Of a stretch of 64,000 bases of DNA, positions 11,690 through 24,011 are shown one piece after another. Below the pieces are notes generated by a model that was given only the letters and a program-made list of their open reading frames with translations, was not told the DNA's origin and searched no databases. A program made the translations under genes and the position numbers. The stretch is from Podarcis muralis (Eukaryota): contig NC_135656.1 in the NCBI RefSeq assembly GCF_964188315.1, forward strand, positions 32,240,001 to 32,304,000, in the 5' to 3' direction. How positions within the stretch are numbered: position 1 is the first letter of the stretch; each line of letters opens with the position of its first letter.

Positions 11690-12564
11690 TTTGAGTGGGA
11701 AAACAGCTAGTAGGGAAAGAGTTGAGAATTGCTCTTTTTCTGAAACGAATTTTATTTTTTCCTAAAACTGTTGGAATAATGTTTATAGGATTTAGACTCA
11801 AGGGATATATAGATAGTTCAGGGCTGATGGTAAGAGGTGGTTTGTTTGTCTTTCATTCTCCTTTTCAGGCCATAAAATAATAAAACGTTAAGAGGTTCTG
11901 CACCTGTAGGTCTTTTCCATGCTGAAAGGTATGTGGCTCTCCAGAGCAAGTGGAACATGGCAATTGCTGGCAGTTTTGCCTTTTTCTTGGTTGGAACTTG
12001 CCCCGTTCTGCCAGTGACTATTTGTAGACAAAAAGGGGTCTATGCTAAAAGTGGCAGCTCTAGAAAAAGTGTATCTCAGATTTTAATTCTCTGGCCAGAT
12101 TCCCAGACTCCACATCTGCTTTTCACTTCTACCTTTCAGTATTCAGAGGCCGGGAGCTCATGCTGAGAGAATGCAGAATCAGCAGCCCAGTGGTTGTTAA
12201 ATGGGTGAAAGAGTGAGGACTTACCCAGATGAGCAGTGAGTGTATCCTCTAAATACATTTTTGGGCCTTTGTCTTTCCAAGTGCCTTATTTAAAGCTAAC
12301 AGTACAATATCCAAATAATGTATGGTTGTGGATGGTGAGGGGAAGACATTGCTTTTTTCTCTCTCTTCTGTTATAAATAAGATTAGATACATACTATTGC
12401 ATTGGAAATGTTCTTTCAAATATATAAATATGTGTGTGTGTGTGTGTGTGTATCTCCATAAAGATGTGGTGGATAGTGCTACACACATAAAATTGGTTGT
12501 AGTGAATGAATGCATCTGTTATCTCTGGTCCCGGCAACCACATGCAGAAATAAGTGAGTGAATA

Positions 12565-13180
12565 AGAAGAACCTAAAAGGAGCTCTGCTGGACTAGATCA
12601 ATGGCTCATCAAGTCCCAACACCCAGTGTCCCACATTGCTCAACTGTTGCCTATAGGAAGATCCACAAGCACGGCAGGAAAGCAACGGCCCTTTCCCCTT
12701 ATTGTTCCCCGGGCAAATGCTATTCAATGGCATGCTGCCTCTGGTCCTGGAGCCTTATCCATCTCTAATCCCCCTTTACAGTTCTCTAAATTAATCTAAA
12801 CAGATTCCGGCAGCAAGTGCTAGAAACTCATTGGGCAGATCCACACCGTACGTTTAAAGCACATGCCTTCTCGCAGAGAATCCTGGGACCTGTAGTTTGT
12901 TAAGGGGTTTAAGAAATGTAACTCTGTAAGAGAGAAACCACAGTTCCCTCACATGCTTTAAATGTGTGGTGTGTGAAGAAGTACTTCTCTGTCTTTCCCA
13001 GATCTACTTCCATACAACTTCATGGGATGGCTCCAGGTTCCAGTACTATTCTTCATGCCCTCTGTAATTTCCTAAACCTCTATCATGTAGCTTTTCTTAA
13101 AATCTAAAAAGTTAAATGATGTAGCCTTTCCTCACAGGGAAATCATGATAGTTTCGTTCATGGCCTTGCATATTTTCAGT
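12565..13180 (-). mobile_element. CR1 LINE 3' fragment, interrupted by a palindromic MITE
   Basis: Plus strand reads AAGAACCTAAAAGGAGCTCTGCTGGACTAGATCAATGGCTCATCAAGTCC...GCATGCTGCCTCTGGTCCTGGAG...GAAGAAGTACTT, the typical reversed CR1 3' end. Confidence 0.65.
12836..12975. mobile_element. Palindromic MITE (CCACACC...TTTAAAGCACATG family)
   Basis: Inverted arms CCACACCGTACGTTTAAAGCACATG / CATGCTTTAAATGTGTGGTGTG. Same family as 45670-45985. Confidence 0.6.
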
Positions 13181-13679
13181 TTACATATGAGGTCAATGGA
13201 GGAGATGCATAAATCTATTGTGACTGTACCTTAGAAAATCCCTCTGGTGGTGTTGAAGCACAAAGCTGTATTGAAAGTAACTCAATCCATTAAAAAACAG
13301 AGGAGGGGCGGTTGGAAGAGAAAGTCTCTGTGGGTTATTAAGCAACTCATGTGTGCATGCATGCTAATGATACAGAAAGCAGAGCTCTTTGTCATAGGAG
13401 ATAATGCAAAAATCATGAGACAAAAGGGCAAATTATACTTTGCATGAAACCAATTAAAATTTGGATTAGCTAGCTTGTAATATAGTCTCTACCCAAGCAT
13501 CTTTCAGAAAATGACTGTCATCCATTTATGGGGGATTTAGATGGTCCTTATTCCAGTTAAAATGGAGTTGCTATACTAGAAAACGTGGGATTTTTTAAAA
13601 ACTTTAAATTCCCTCAGGGCAAAACAAACTCCTGAACACCTCAAGGAATCATTGTGTTTAAAAAAATAAAGTTGGTTGG

Positions 13680-13783
13680 CATGGGCGTAGCCAGGATTTT
13701 TGTTAGGGGAGGCAGAACTTCATATTTGTATTGAATTTTACTGATTGGGGGGCAGCTACCCTCCTGCCCCTGCTACACTCATG
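13680..13783. mobile_element. hAT MITE (104 bp)
   Basis: TIR CATGGGCGTAGC / GCTACACTCATG (10/12). 8-bp TSD TTGGTTGG at 13672-13679 and 13784-13791. Confidence 0.75.
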
Positions 13784-14819
13784 TTGGTTGGTTTATGTAG
13801 CAGAGTTAATAGCCTGGAAGCTGAATCCACCCAGTCTTTCCACCACCTGTTATGCCTCCTCATTCACACATCACTAGCATTGCTTTAAAAAGGTAAATAA
13901 AACACACAGAGTTCCCACGGGTAAAGAAAAATGGTTCTTTACTTAGAGGGGTTTTTTTGTACAGTATTTGCAAGTATGGCTTCAGGTGCATACATGGTTG
14001 GGAGCTAGTTTCTCATAGCTACCTCATGTATGAGGTAGGGGAAGGGACAGAGCTTGGGGGCTTAGTGAGAAACCACAAAGTGTGTTTTCCCCTCACAGTC
14101 TGTTGGTCTCAACCCTGCCCTCTTTCTCACAACCATGGTTACAGAAACCCAGGAAGGTATTATTGTACCCCTGTGGAGGCTGGGCGCAGGACGAGCAGGT
14201 GTGATCCTTTCCTTCCTTTATGTATTCGGAGAAGGTATGAACAGAACTAGAGATTCCCTCATCCGCCTTCATTTTCTTGCCTAACCAGGCCTAACATACC
14301 AAAGCGGCCATCATTTTGCAAAATAAGGTGAGCCCCTTTTCTGTCACAGAGACAAATTTATAGTTGTGGAGAAGATAGCAGGGATTTTTCAAGTCTTACC
14401 GAGCAAGTCCCAAAATGCACATTACAAGTGCTCATCCATACTTGTCTCCTACTTTTTAGGCATGAGTCCAAAAGCTTTTTTGTTTCCACTCCCACTTTCC
14501 CCATGAAAACTGGCTGTTTACCACTAAATCACAACAAACGTCAAATCAGGTTTTCTGCAGATTGACATTTGCTCCGATTCAGCGGTAAACAGCAAGTTTC
14601 CCCAGGGGACCTTTGTCTAGAAAGCACAGGACAAGAAGTGTGGATAGGATTGCAGCTTTAGGCCATCAAAGGTGGTCATAATGGGACTTACACCAGCCAG
14701 GACCTCGAGTTCTTTATTATGTATCATTTCCAGCTCCTGGGAATGCTCTCCCTCCATTACCCCATACCATAGCAGGTGTTTGAAGAACCTCATATTTTCC
14801 TACCAATGAAGGTTTAGCA

Positions 14820-15026
14820 CAGAGCTTCCCAAACTTTTCATGTTGGTGACACACTTCTTAGACATGCATCCTTTCGTGACATAGTAATTCAGTTTTACTA
14901 GCAAACCAGAAGCTTAAACTAACCCCTTCCCAGCCCCAGAAGGAGTGTGGGGAACATTCATGCGACACACCTATACACAGCAGCTGACACACTAACGTAT
15001 CATGACACACAGTTTGGAAAGCTCTG
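14820..15026. mobile_element. hAT MITE (207 bp)
   Basis: TIR CAGAGCTTCCCAAAC / GTTTGGAAAGCTCTG (14/15). Perfect 8-bp TSD GTTTAGCA at 14812-14819 and 15027-15034. Confidence 0.88.
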
Positions 15027-15609
15027 GTTTAGCACATCAAACCCATAAGGATTTTTAGGGGGTGCTGGTTATATTTCTGTGCTTGGAACAAATCAATCTG
15101 CATGCTTGAATTAATTCCTGTAGATAAACTTACGATTAGAAAACCTACTAAACAAACGTTTTGCCATTGTACAGACAATGTTGTTCAAATGTGATCAGTT
15201 CAACACCTTTAAAAAGTTGGTTTTTGTGTCTGGAATTAACAGATTTATGGTGCCGTAAATACATCCAGCCTGTTTAAATAGAGATCTTTATATGTCACTA
15301 CTGTTGTTTGTGACCCTTTAAATGTTAATTCTCTATTACAAGGATGAGCAAAATCGGTCCCTGAAGCACTTTAATGTTGCCTACAAGCTTAATTTATATG
15401 CTGAAATTTGACCTTTTAAAAATTAAATCCTGCTTTAACCACTGTGGCTGTTGGTTGGGTAATAGCCATATATCAGACACAGACTCACAAACCAGAAGAC
15501 AAATTTCCACCTACTGTTTTCAAAATATGATTATCTTATAAGCTTAGCATATAATTTTGAGAAATTTATCATGACTGAGAATATTAATTAGTTAAAAGTA
15601 GTATATACA

Positions 15610-15800
15610 TTAATTAATTTCATGTATATACCACCTTTTTCTTCCAAGGAGCTCAAGATGGTGTACATGGTTCTCCCTTCCCCATTTTATCCTCACAACA
15701 ACCCTTTGAGGTAGGTTAGGCTGAGAAGCAGTGATTGGCTCAAGGTCCTGGTTGAGTGTGGATTCCAACCCTGGCCTCCCAGATCATAGTCCAACATACA
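15610..15800 (-). mobile_element. Squam3/MIR-like SINE
   Basis: CORE-like ATTTTATCCTCACAACAACCCTTTGAGGTAGGTTAGGCTGAGA, reversed B box GGATTCCAACC and tail CAAGGAGCTCAAG. Confidence 0.7.
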
Positions 15801-16658
15801 CATACAACATCTGAAGAGGGACTTTCTAAATTTCCAGTTAAATGATGGTTGGAAATGAATTGTCAAAAATAGGAAGCAGCCAACGTTTCATGGGTCATGT
15901 GGGATCACAGAAGAGATTCAGATCCATCCATCCATCCATCCATCATGGCCTGACATTTACTACGCTGCAGTGAATTCAAGTTGTGCTAATCATGTGTCTA
16001 TAAATATTAAAATGAGCTGCAGTTTCCAAAAAGATTTGCCACAGAGTATGTGAATAACTCTTTGCCTGTGTCTTGTTGAAGGAGTACCAGATTTTGGGGA
16101 AGTAGCCTTGCTACTCTTGTGCTTTTTCAAGTCTCCCCACCCCACCTTACCCACTGCCTCAAAGGTCCCTTCCTGTATGAGTTTCACCAGGTTTCTAGAA
16201 CTGAGGCAATGCAAGCAGGAGGTGGGTGTTAGCTTGCTCTTTGCCCATAAGAATACTCTGGACAGTTCAAAAGCCCTCCAGTACTCAAAACATATGCAAA
16301 AAATAGGAAGCATAGGTATGGCAAAGGAAATTATATATTATGGACACTGAGCATGAAGTGCAGCTGGCACAAAACTGTTGTTCACACATCCCTCAACAAG
16401 GAACATTTTCTGAGAAACTTAAAAGAGCAGTTACGTTTGTTTCTTTTCAAAATGTAGTGTATAAGAATCAATGATAACTGTGCTTGGAGGATATGATTTC
16501 CTTATAATGGATAGGCTAATGGGGGATAGATATCCCCTGTGAGAACTCAATAGCTAATTCAAATTTTCTTTGTATGGTCTGAAGGCATAGGCATATGATG
16601 CAGCAGCAAGTCTGGGTTGGGTCAGCACCTAGGTCAGGTAACCATCTGAAAATTTTAT

Positions 16659-16689
<31 letters not shown>

Positions 16690-17399
16690 CTGTTCTTTAA
16701 TTTAATGTTTTTTTTTAAATTCAGTTCTGTATAAAGTCATGAATCATACATTGAATATAACAAGAAATACAAGTATGGATCTTGAGTTTTGGCAGAAAAC
16801 CTGAGATCTGATTAAACCTGGAACTCACACAAATAGATTCAAGCCTTATGATGACATGAGAGGACCATCACTCTTAACGACGGGCAAAACCATACTACAT
16901 TTTTGGCAGTGTTTCATGAGTGGATATGCTTATGGCAAGCATTAATAAGTAGGAAACGATGGACATGCTATTTATGTATGTGTGTTTATGTTCCGGGCAC
17001 CACATAGGGGCATTTTTCCTGTGCTTTCCAAACTCAAGTGCAGTCCAGGAGCGGATAAAAGGATTAAGAGTTATTTACATTCTGTCTGCAGTTCCGTTCT
17101 GGAAAGTGGTTAAGAAAACTAATTGCTCTCATAACATTACTGCATAGCTTTTACATTTAAAGAGGGACATTCAGTACTTAATAAAGACTACCTATGTTAT
17201 ATTTCTGACTATGAGCCCCTGTATTTGATGATAGCTTTGTGCTGTCCTTAATATTAGAGTGGCATACTGAATAGAGAGAACCTGGTTTAAAGTTGCGGCT
17301 CAGCCAAGGAGCTACTGCTCCAACATCACCACCATCCATGACTGATACGGCATCACTTTGAAAGCTGGAAATTGCAGATCGGTCCTAATTATAAGTGTA

Positions 17400-17644
17400 C
17401 AGTGGTACCTTGGGTTAAGAACTTAATTCATTCTGGAGGTCCGTTCTTAACCTGAAACTGTTCTTAACCTGAAGCACCACTTTAGCTAATGGGGCCTCTC
17501 ACTGCTGCTGCCGCGCCGCACCAGCGCGATTTCTGTTCTCATCCTGCAGCAAAGTTCTTAGCACAAGGTACTATTTCTGGGTTAGCAGAGTCTGTAACCT
17601 GAAGTGTCTGTAACCTGAAGCGTCTGTAACCCGAGGTACCATTG
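17400..17644 (+). mobile_element. Tc1/mariner (Tigger-like) MITE, family A
   Basis: TA|CAGTGGTACCTTGGGTTA ... TAACCCGAGGTACCATTG|TA, with internal repeats of AACCTGAA. Confidence 0.88.
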
Positions 17645-18113
17645 TATACAGTATGAGGTTGAGCGAGATGTGCAGGGGAAAGCAGAACCACGAGCAGCAG
17701 ATTGCCATTAGTGTCTTAGAGATATACTGGCCACAGTCCTGAAGATGCTCCCATACAAGTTATACTGAAAGGAACAGGCTGTCTATGTAAGAGCACTCCT
17801 GGTAGATTGTACCCATAGTGGGCATTTAGTGTGGGGTAGATAAACTTTTTCAGTCCAAGGATGGGGATATGCACCAGTGGTGGGTGGGATCAGAGGAAAA
17901 AGTGGATGAAGCAATTAATGTAAAACTTATCTTTGAACAGGAGGCTAGTTTCTATCCAAACACACCCCTCTCTATCCCCTATCCAGGCAAGCAAGTGGCA
18001 TGATCAGAGTTCAAGGGCATATTCCAGCCAGGCAAAACACTTAAGGGGTGCGTAAAAGAGGGCCATTGAGGGCATGGCCTGAAGAAACTCCCAAGGATCA
18101 GATAGAGAAGCCT

Positions 18114-18332
18114 AGGTAAAGGTAAAGGGACCCCTAACCATTAGGTCCAGTCGCGGGCGACTCTGGGGTTGTGGTGCTCATCTTGCTTTACTGGCCGAGG
18201 GAGGCGGCGTACAGCTTCTGGGTCATGTGGCCAGCATGACTAAGCCGCTTCTGGCAAACCAGAGCAACACACGGAAATGCCGTTTACCTTCCCGCCAGAG
18301 CAGTACCTATTTATCTACTTGCACTTTGACGT
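18114..18332 (-). mobile_element. Sauria SINE, older subfamily, 5'-truncated
   Basis: (GGTAAA)n tail, then GGGACCCCTAACCATTAGGTCCAGTC and TACCTATTTATCTACTTGCAC. The tRNA head is absent. Confidence 0.88.
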
Positions 18333-18835
18333 TACCACAAATGGCCCCAGGTCTGAGGATCTGCAGCTCTGGTGGATAACAGACTATCCATGCCTCAACA
18401 GTGTGATATGATGGCACATAAGGTCAATACTGTTTTGGGAATATTTTCACTGAATAGCAGTTTCCAAGATTTCATGAGTAATATTACCACTTAAGGGGAG
18501 GACTGGAGCTTTGTACATATTGCACTTGCAACCCAATTATGCCTCTTATTATTTCTCACCACCACCATGACCCTTTTATGAAAAAAGAAAAGCAGTTTGG
18601 AGAGTTGGAGGAGCAGCAGAGAGAGTGTTCTTAACTGTTCTTCCAGCTGCCATTTCTTAACTTTCAATCTCTTCCTAAGGGCTCTTTCATTGTGTGGCTG
18701 AAAATCAAGTGAACACAATGAGGTAACCCTGTGAGGTAAGGGAAAGCTATGAGGCACACAATTTTGAGTGGCAATAGCAGGCAAGGGAAAACAACAACAA
18801 AAGCTGGCCAATGGGCCTTGATTACATTTAATATA

Positions 18836-19061
18836 TAGTGGTACTTTGGGTTACATACGCTTCAGGTTACAGACTCCACTAACCCAGAAATAGTGCTTCA
18901 GGTTAAGAACTTTGCTTCAGGATGAGAAGAGAAATCGTGCTGCGGTGGCACGGCAGCAGCAGGAGGCCCCATTAGCTAAAGTGGTGCTTCAGGTTAAGAA
19001 CAGTTTCAGGTTAAGTACGGACCTCCAGAACGAATTAAGTACTTAACCCGAGGTACCACTG
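18836..19061 (-). mobile_element. Tc1/mariner MITE, family A (inverted relative to the 17400 copy)
   Basis: TA|TAGTGGTACTTTGGGTTAC ... TTAACCCGAGGTACCACTG|TA. Interior is the reverse complement of 17400-17644. Confidence 0.88.
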
Positions 19062-19489
19062 TATAATTAGCTAGTAACTTTGTATACGCATCTGGAGTAT
19101 TGGGTTTCAATTTGGGCCCCAAAGGAAAAAAAAAAAGTTGTGAACAAGTTTGACAAGATTTTTATTGTAATAACCTGCAGTTTCATAAGAGTATATATTT
19201 AAAGGAGATGAATAAATGACCAAATTAAGTTAATTTGGATATGCAAATATATTAAAAATAAATTTAAGGGACCCCAGAAAGAGGGGGAAGGAAGTCAAGT
19301 TTTGAAATGTTAAAATGACTGTAAAATTAGTGAAATGTATAAACCTGAAAAGCATAATTTTTTTAAAAAAACAAGTTTGACAAGATTTAGACAGTGATAA
19401 CAGTGATAATGGACCAGAAAACAAATTGTGCAAAGGAGGGCAGAATGAACTGAGTGTGCTTAGCTTTAAGGGAAAGATAAGAAGGAATA

Positions 19490-19720
19490 TGGAAAGCTTT
19501 CAACGTTTCAAGCCATCGGAAGCACACAGGGAACAATTATTTACCTATCCACTGGACAAGAAGCAATGGATTTAAAGGACTGGAAAGTATACTTAAGCTA
19601 AGCATTAGTTATCTAACAACACACCAGCCATAGAGGTTGAAGGATCTCCTTCTTTTCAAGGTTTCTAAGGAAAGTTTAGGCAAGTCTCTGCTAGAATTTG
19701 ATGCTGGAGGTAGATGAGAG
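19490..19720 (+). mobile_element. Old CR1 3' fragment
   Basis: GGACAAGAAGCAATGGATTTAAAG...AAGCTAAGCATTAG and GATCTCCTTCTTTTCAAGGTTTCTAAG resemble the conserved CR1 3' region. Confidence 0.5.
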
Positions 19721-21504
19721 CCTCCATAAGGTCAGCTCTTGGCCTAGATAATCCTTTTGGTGCCACTATTTCTGTGATTCGAAACAGCAACAAAAAAATC
19801 TTCCGATCTACAAAAGTAGCAACATTATTGAATTGCCCTGCAGTCACCTAGAAATAGCAAGGCTGGCTGCCAAATCTTTGAACTTTCCTTGGTATTTAAA
19901 AGGTCAGTTCACCATAGCAACCTTGACACTTCTCCAGTAAAGCCAGAAACATCAACATTTAGTTAAAAGGCAGGGTTTATCCATTACAGAATAATATAGA
20001 AGGAGTCTTTTGTTTGCCAGATTTGAATTTTATCATCTGCTCCATTTTCCTTGCCTACCTTCCTTTTTAATATCTGATAAGATGGACCCAGACGTGAATA
20101 TAATTTAGCTTTCCTGTACTTGCATTCTCCTGTCCCAGGGCCTCACATTACTAATAATAGGTTCAGAAGATGTGTGTGAGTGTTTAGGTTGGAAAAACTG
20201 CACAACAATAGAAGGGTTAAATGTCCCTTATCCTACTGCTGTTTGGAAAATTGCCACCTTTCCCCTCCAGTACCTGCATTTAAACAACCTTGGTGGGTGG
20301 TCTTGATTCAGTCATGGATCTTCTCCATAGTGTGTAGTCTAGCCCAACACATGAAGAAAATGAGCAGTGTATACTGATGAGTTAAAGTACCCATCTGTAT
20401 TTGCTTGACAAAATGGCTTTACAAAGCAAATATATTACTCCCTGAGAAATTAAGTGAAACGGCAGTCTTGCCATGCCAGCAAAACAGCTATTTTAATAAT
20501 TTATAATATATCAACCTGGCCCTGGGCAAGCCGAAGATCTTTAACAATGCCCCAATTTCAGCAATCAGCTAAATTTAGGAGGAGTTGTACTGGTAGCTAT
20601 CCTAATTAGTTTTTAGTGGATTCCTACTACTAGATTTCTGTGATCATAGCCTATAATTTCTGATAGATCGGTGACAGGCTATAAAAATCCCTGACCCATC
20701 TTTTCTATTTTGAAAGCCCAAATATTTTGGGTACAGAGAGACTAAAGAAATCTGTTTTCATCATAACTGGAAACAAACTGTCCTCTGGCTGGCTGGCTAA
20801 TCTAAGCCAGTGTCACGGCAATTCCTATCAGGACTGGAAATATCCCCTTAGGATCTGAGTGATTTAATTCTCTTCTTCCTCCGTCTCATCTGAATTGCAC
20901 CTGGCAGTGCTTTAAAAATGACGAAACTGGAACATTTTGTTACACAAACCTGTCCTTGTTGAATTATTTTCCCTAGTTCAGGTTAAGGTTGGTTTAAACA
21001 CTACCACTTCCCCATTGTGTATTAGCTACTAATTTCATAATTCACAGCAGTTCCATGGTGCCAGAAAACTCCTAGTGATTTCTAAGCAGGTGAACTAACT
21101 AGCAGAGAAACTGAGCTCCTATGAATGACACACTGCCATGGTAGGTACTGCGCACAATCCAAATCAAGTTAGGCATGCATATCTGTCACATTGAGATCAA
21201 TAGAGTTTAATGGCATTTCCACATGGCAGTTTATTGCAGACTTGCAGTTGCTCATTTCTGCAAGTTCTGCACAGCATCCACACATTGCCCTCATCAAAAT
21301 GCCATCACATATTAGTTTGCTATTTAATATGGATTTACCATTTCCATGGAAAAATCTAATAAGTTTACATGCCACCCCAGCCAGCAACAGTAAATCAGGA
21401 TTAAATATTTGTGATATATGGGATAGCATGTTTAACGAGGATGACACTGTAAAAATCTTGCATGAATCCACAATATACTGTCAATCTGTGTATGATTAAT
21501 TCAT

Positions 21505-21625
21505 AAGAACATAGGAAGAGCCTATGGCCCATTTAGTCCAGCATCCTATTCTCACAATGACTAGCCAGATTTCTATGGGAAGCCTACAAGCAGGGCAGCA
21601 CTCTCCCCTCCTGTGCTTTGCTGCA
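21505..21625 (-). mobile_element. CR1 3' end remnant
   Basis: CATAAGAACATAGGAAGAGCC...CCCATTTAGTCCAGCATCCTATTCTCACA. Confidence 0.65.
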
Positions 21626-21631
21626 AGTATT

Positions 21632-21707
21632 TTTTACTCAGAGTAGACCCATTGAAATTAGTGGACTTAAGTTAGTTCATTAATTTCAATGGCTACTCTG
21701 AGTAAAA
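21632..21707. repeat. Short palindromic MITE-like element, family P1
   Basis: Arms TTTTACTCAGAGTAGACCCATTGAAATTA / TAATTTCAATGGCTACTCTGAGTAAAA. Related copies at 32976-33090 and 49824-49924. Confidence 0.75.
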
Positions 21708-23316
21708 GCTAGTTGATCATAACCCAATGTTATTAACAAGTGATAGAAGGTAAAAATAATTCTTTCTTCATGTCTGAATTTTCTTATAATTCTATATTAT
21801 TCCAGATGATTGCATTTGGATTAATTAATTCTGAATGTGTTATAACAGCAACTAATGCAAACTGGGATAGTTATGTCACCTTTTAAACACATGTTACTAT
21901 ACAGGGAAGTTGGTATTTTCACAGTTTCTTCTAATTTGAACTCTTGGATTGAAAGAGCGGTTAAGTGTCTTAAGGAGAAATTTACAGACTTCCTTAGGCA
22001 GGGATAAGGAAAACATTTGAATATCATCCTACTTTGCAGTAAGAGTAACAACACCCTACTACAAGGTTACTTGGTTTCTCTTCATTCAGAACCTTTGGAT
22101 GGCTCTTCAAAGGGCAAAATGTTCAAACCATCTTTGACTTGAATGGTTCTATACTTAATAAATAAAAAATATATACAACTATTTTCCTTCCTCCCCACCC
22201 ACTCCAAACCTTTTTGAAGGAAGCTAATAACCCCCATTCTCTCTGGTCCTCAGTACAGCCCTTTATCAAAATCTTTCAAATAACTGAATGATTAACATAG
22301 TTGTTGCACTTTTGATATCAGCTGTATAAACAGAATGCTAGAGAATAAGATTAGCAGGTTGCCTGAAAAGCAACTTCATACAAAGGCAGTTACATAACTT
22401 AGTAGGTCACAGCTCCAACTAACCCTTTTACAGGCCATGAATCCAGATTTATTTCCCGGAAGTTACAGCTTCCATATATGAGAGTGTTTTTAAAGACATT
22501 ATGTGACTAGAATCACCCTTGAAGCCTGTTCTCCAATTTCTGGATTATAAGCACCCTTCTCTAAAAGACTCTGCTCTTCCTCTGTACGATTAACTTTCAA
22601 ACATGTATAGTGCACTTCTCTGCTTACAGACATGTGCTATAAATCCATTCACATTAGTAAAGGTTCAGGAAGGAAAAAAGTTCAGCACTAAATCAGTGTA
22701 TGTCACAAATAGTGGTTCTTGGTCAGCACCATGCATCACCTTTGACTTGAGAGACATGGATGGAATTGCTGTCTTGGCCTCATCGTAATTATACTTGGAA
22801 AACAGCAATAGGTTGCAGCTCATGAAGCCTAGATGGCTGTTTTCGAGGAAAGAAATTTAGCTGACTTTTCATTATTTTGAAGACCCGGTTGTTTAAAGAT
22901 TTTAGTATCTAGGAGCAACAAGTTTTACTGCCCATTCTGAGGGCTTTCATTGTAGAAATTACCTAAAGCCTATATTTTGCAAACGTATTGGCACAGGGAC
23001 TATAAAAACTGTCATTAGGAAATGCACATGCAGGGAAAAATCCAAGCTCCTTTTTCATCATTGTCAGGAAGACATTGGGTTAGTAGTACCGCACAGTATA
23101 GCAATAAAAATCAGAACATTTCTGAAGCCTTGAAGGTGAGTGCATGCCTTTTGTCTTCCCATGAGAACAGAAATTATGATTCAGCTTTAAAGAGAGGCAT
23201 TATGGTAGACTGGCCAAAGCATTAACCTGGGACCTTGGAGGACATGGGTTCTCCCACCATCAGCACTGCTTAGAATCATAGAATGGTTGTTGAAGCTGCT
23301 GGAGGCAAAGTTGTCA

Positions 23317-23346
23317 TGTTGGAATAGAATAAAACTATTCTTTACA

Positions 23347-23395
<49 letters not shown>

Positions 23396-24011
23396 TAGAG
23401 AAGCTCTTTTAGACCTTTTTGTGTGGAAAGAAAAATGAATGAATTTGAGACATTTGGGTCTATAGATCGGGAAAGTATCACTTAACAGAAGGAAGAACAA
23501 CTGGGTGTCTTCTTAGAGTGAATACTTTGAATGATCTTTTTATATGAAACTGAAAGCAGGTGAATCGGAAGTCCGTTTTATTTCTTTTTCTTTTTTTCCT
23601 TCCTTGTTCTCTGCCTTCTTCCTTTCCTTTTCCTTTTTTTGTGTTCTTTACTCTGGGTCACTATTGGGATTATACACACATGGACGGTTGGTGAAGGACC
23701 TTGTGTGAGAGGCAGGGAAGGGAAAGATCCCCCGGGGGGGGGGGGGGAGAAGAAAGGAAAGCTCCCAGGTTACAACTTGAGGGTCCACCCAGGCACACCT
23801 TTGTTCTGGGTCCTCCTCCGCTCTCCTGCGTGTGAAGGGGGCACCCTGTTGCAACAGTTTAATAAAGATCAGGCTTACTAGCTGCTTTGCTTCTCAATAT
23901 TCTCTGGTTGGCCTCTGTTATTTTCTCCGACCGATGGAGAACCTACAAAGGACTCTATAAGGGCTCTTGTATACCCCCATAAGGGAATAAGGGTAGATTT
24001 TGTTTACAACA
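23317..24011 (+). mobile_element. Solo LTR-like element (ERV/Gypsy type); left boundary uncertain
   Basis: AATAAA at 23861-23866, U5-like tail ending ...TTTACAACA at 24011, GC-richer than flanks, possible TGTTG start at 23317. No TSD found. Confidence 0.5.
23347..23393. repeat. (ATT)n microsatellite
   Basis: Directly visible. Confidence 0.95.

Noticed and set aside
11403-11801. ORFs containing HTHT / CVCV runs (also near 12249, 51384, 53354, 60938)
   Set aside because: Translations of (CA)n/(TG)n microsatellites.
17400-17644. Regularly spaced AACCTGAA repeats resembling a CRISPR-like array
   Set aside because: The repeats are only 8-12 bp, irregularly spaced and inside TA-flanked TIR elements present four times. 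They are transposon subterminal repeats, and there are no cas genes.
22740-22836. Minus-strand exon candidate (97 nt, HLGFMSCNLLLFSKYNYDEAKTAIPSMSLKSK)
   Set aside because: The acceptor is acceptable but the donor AAG|GTGATG is weak and the peptide is unrecognised. It is kept only as a possible partner of 10368-10217.
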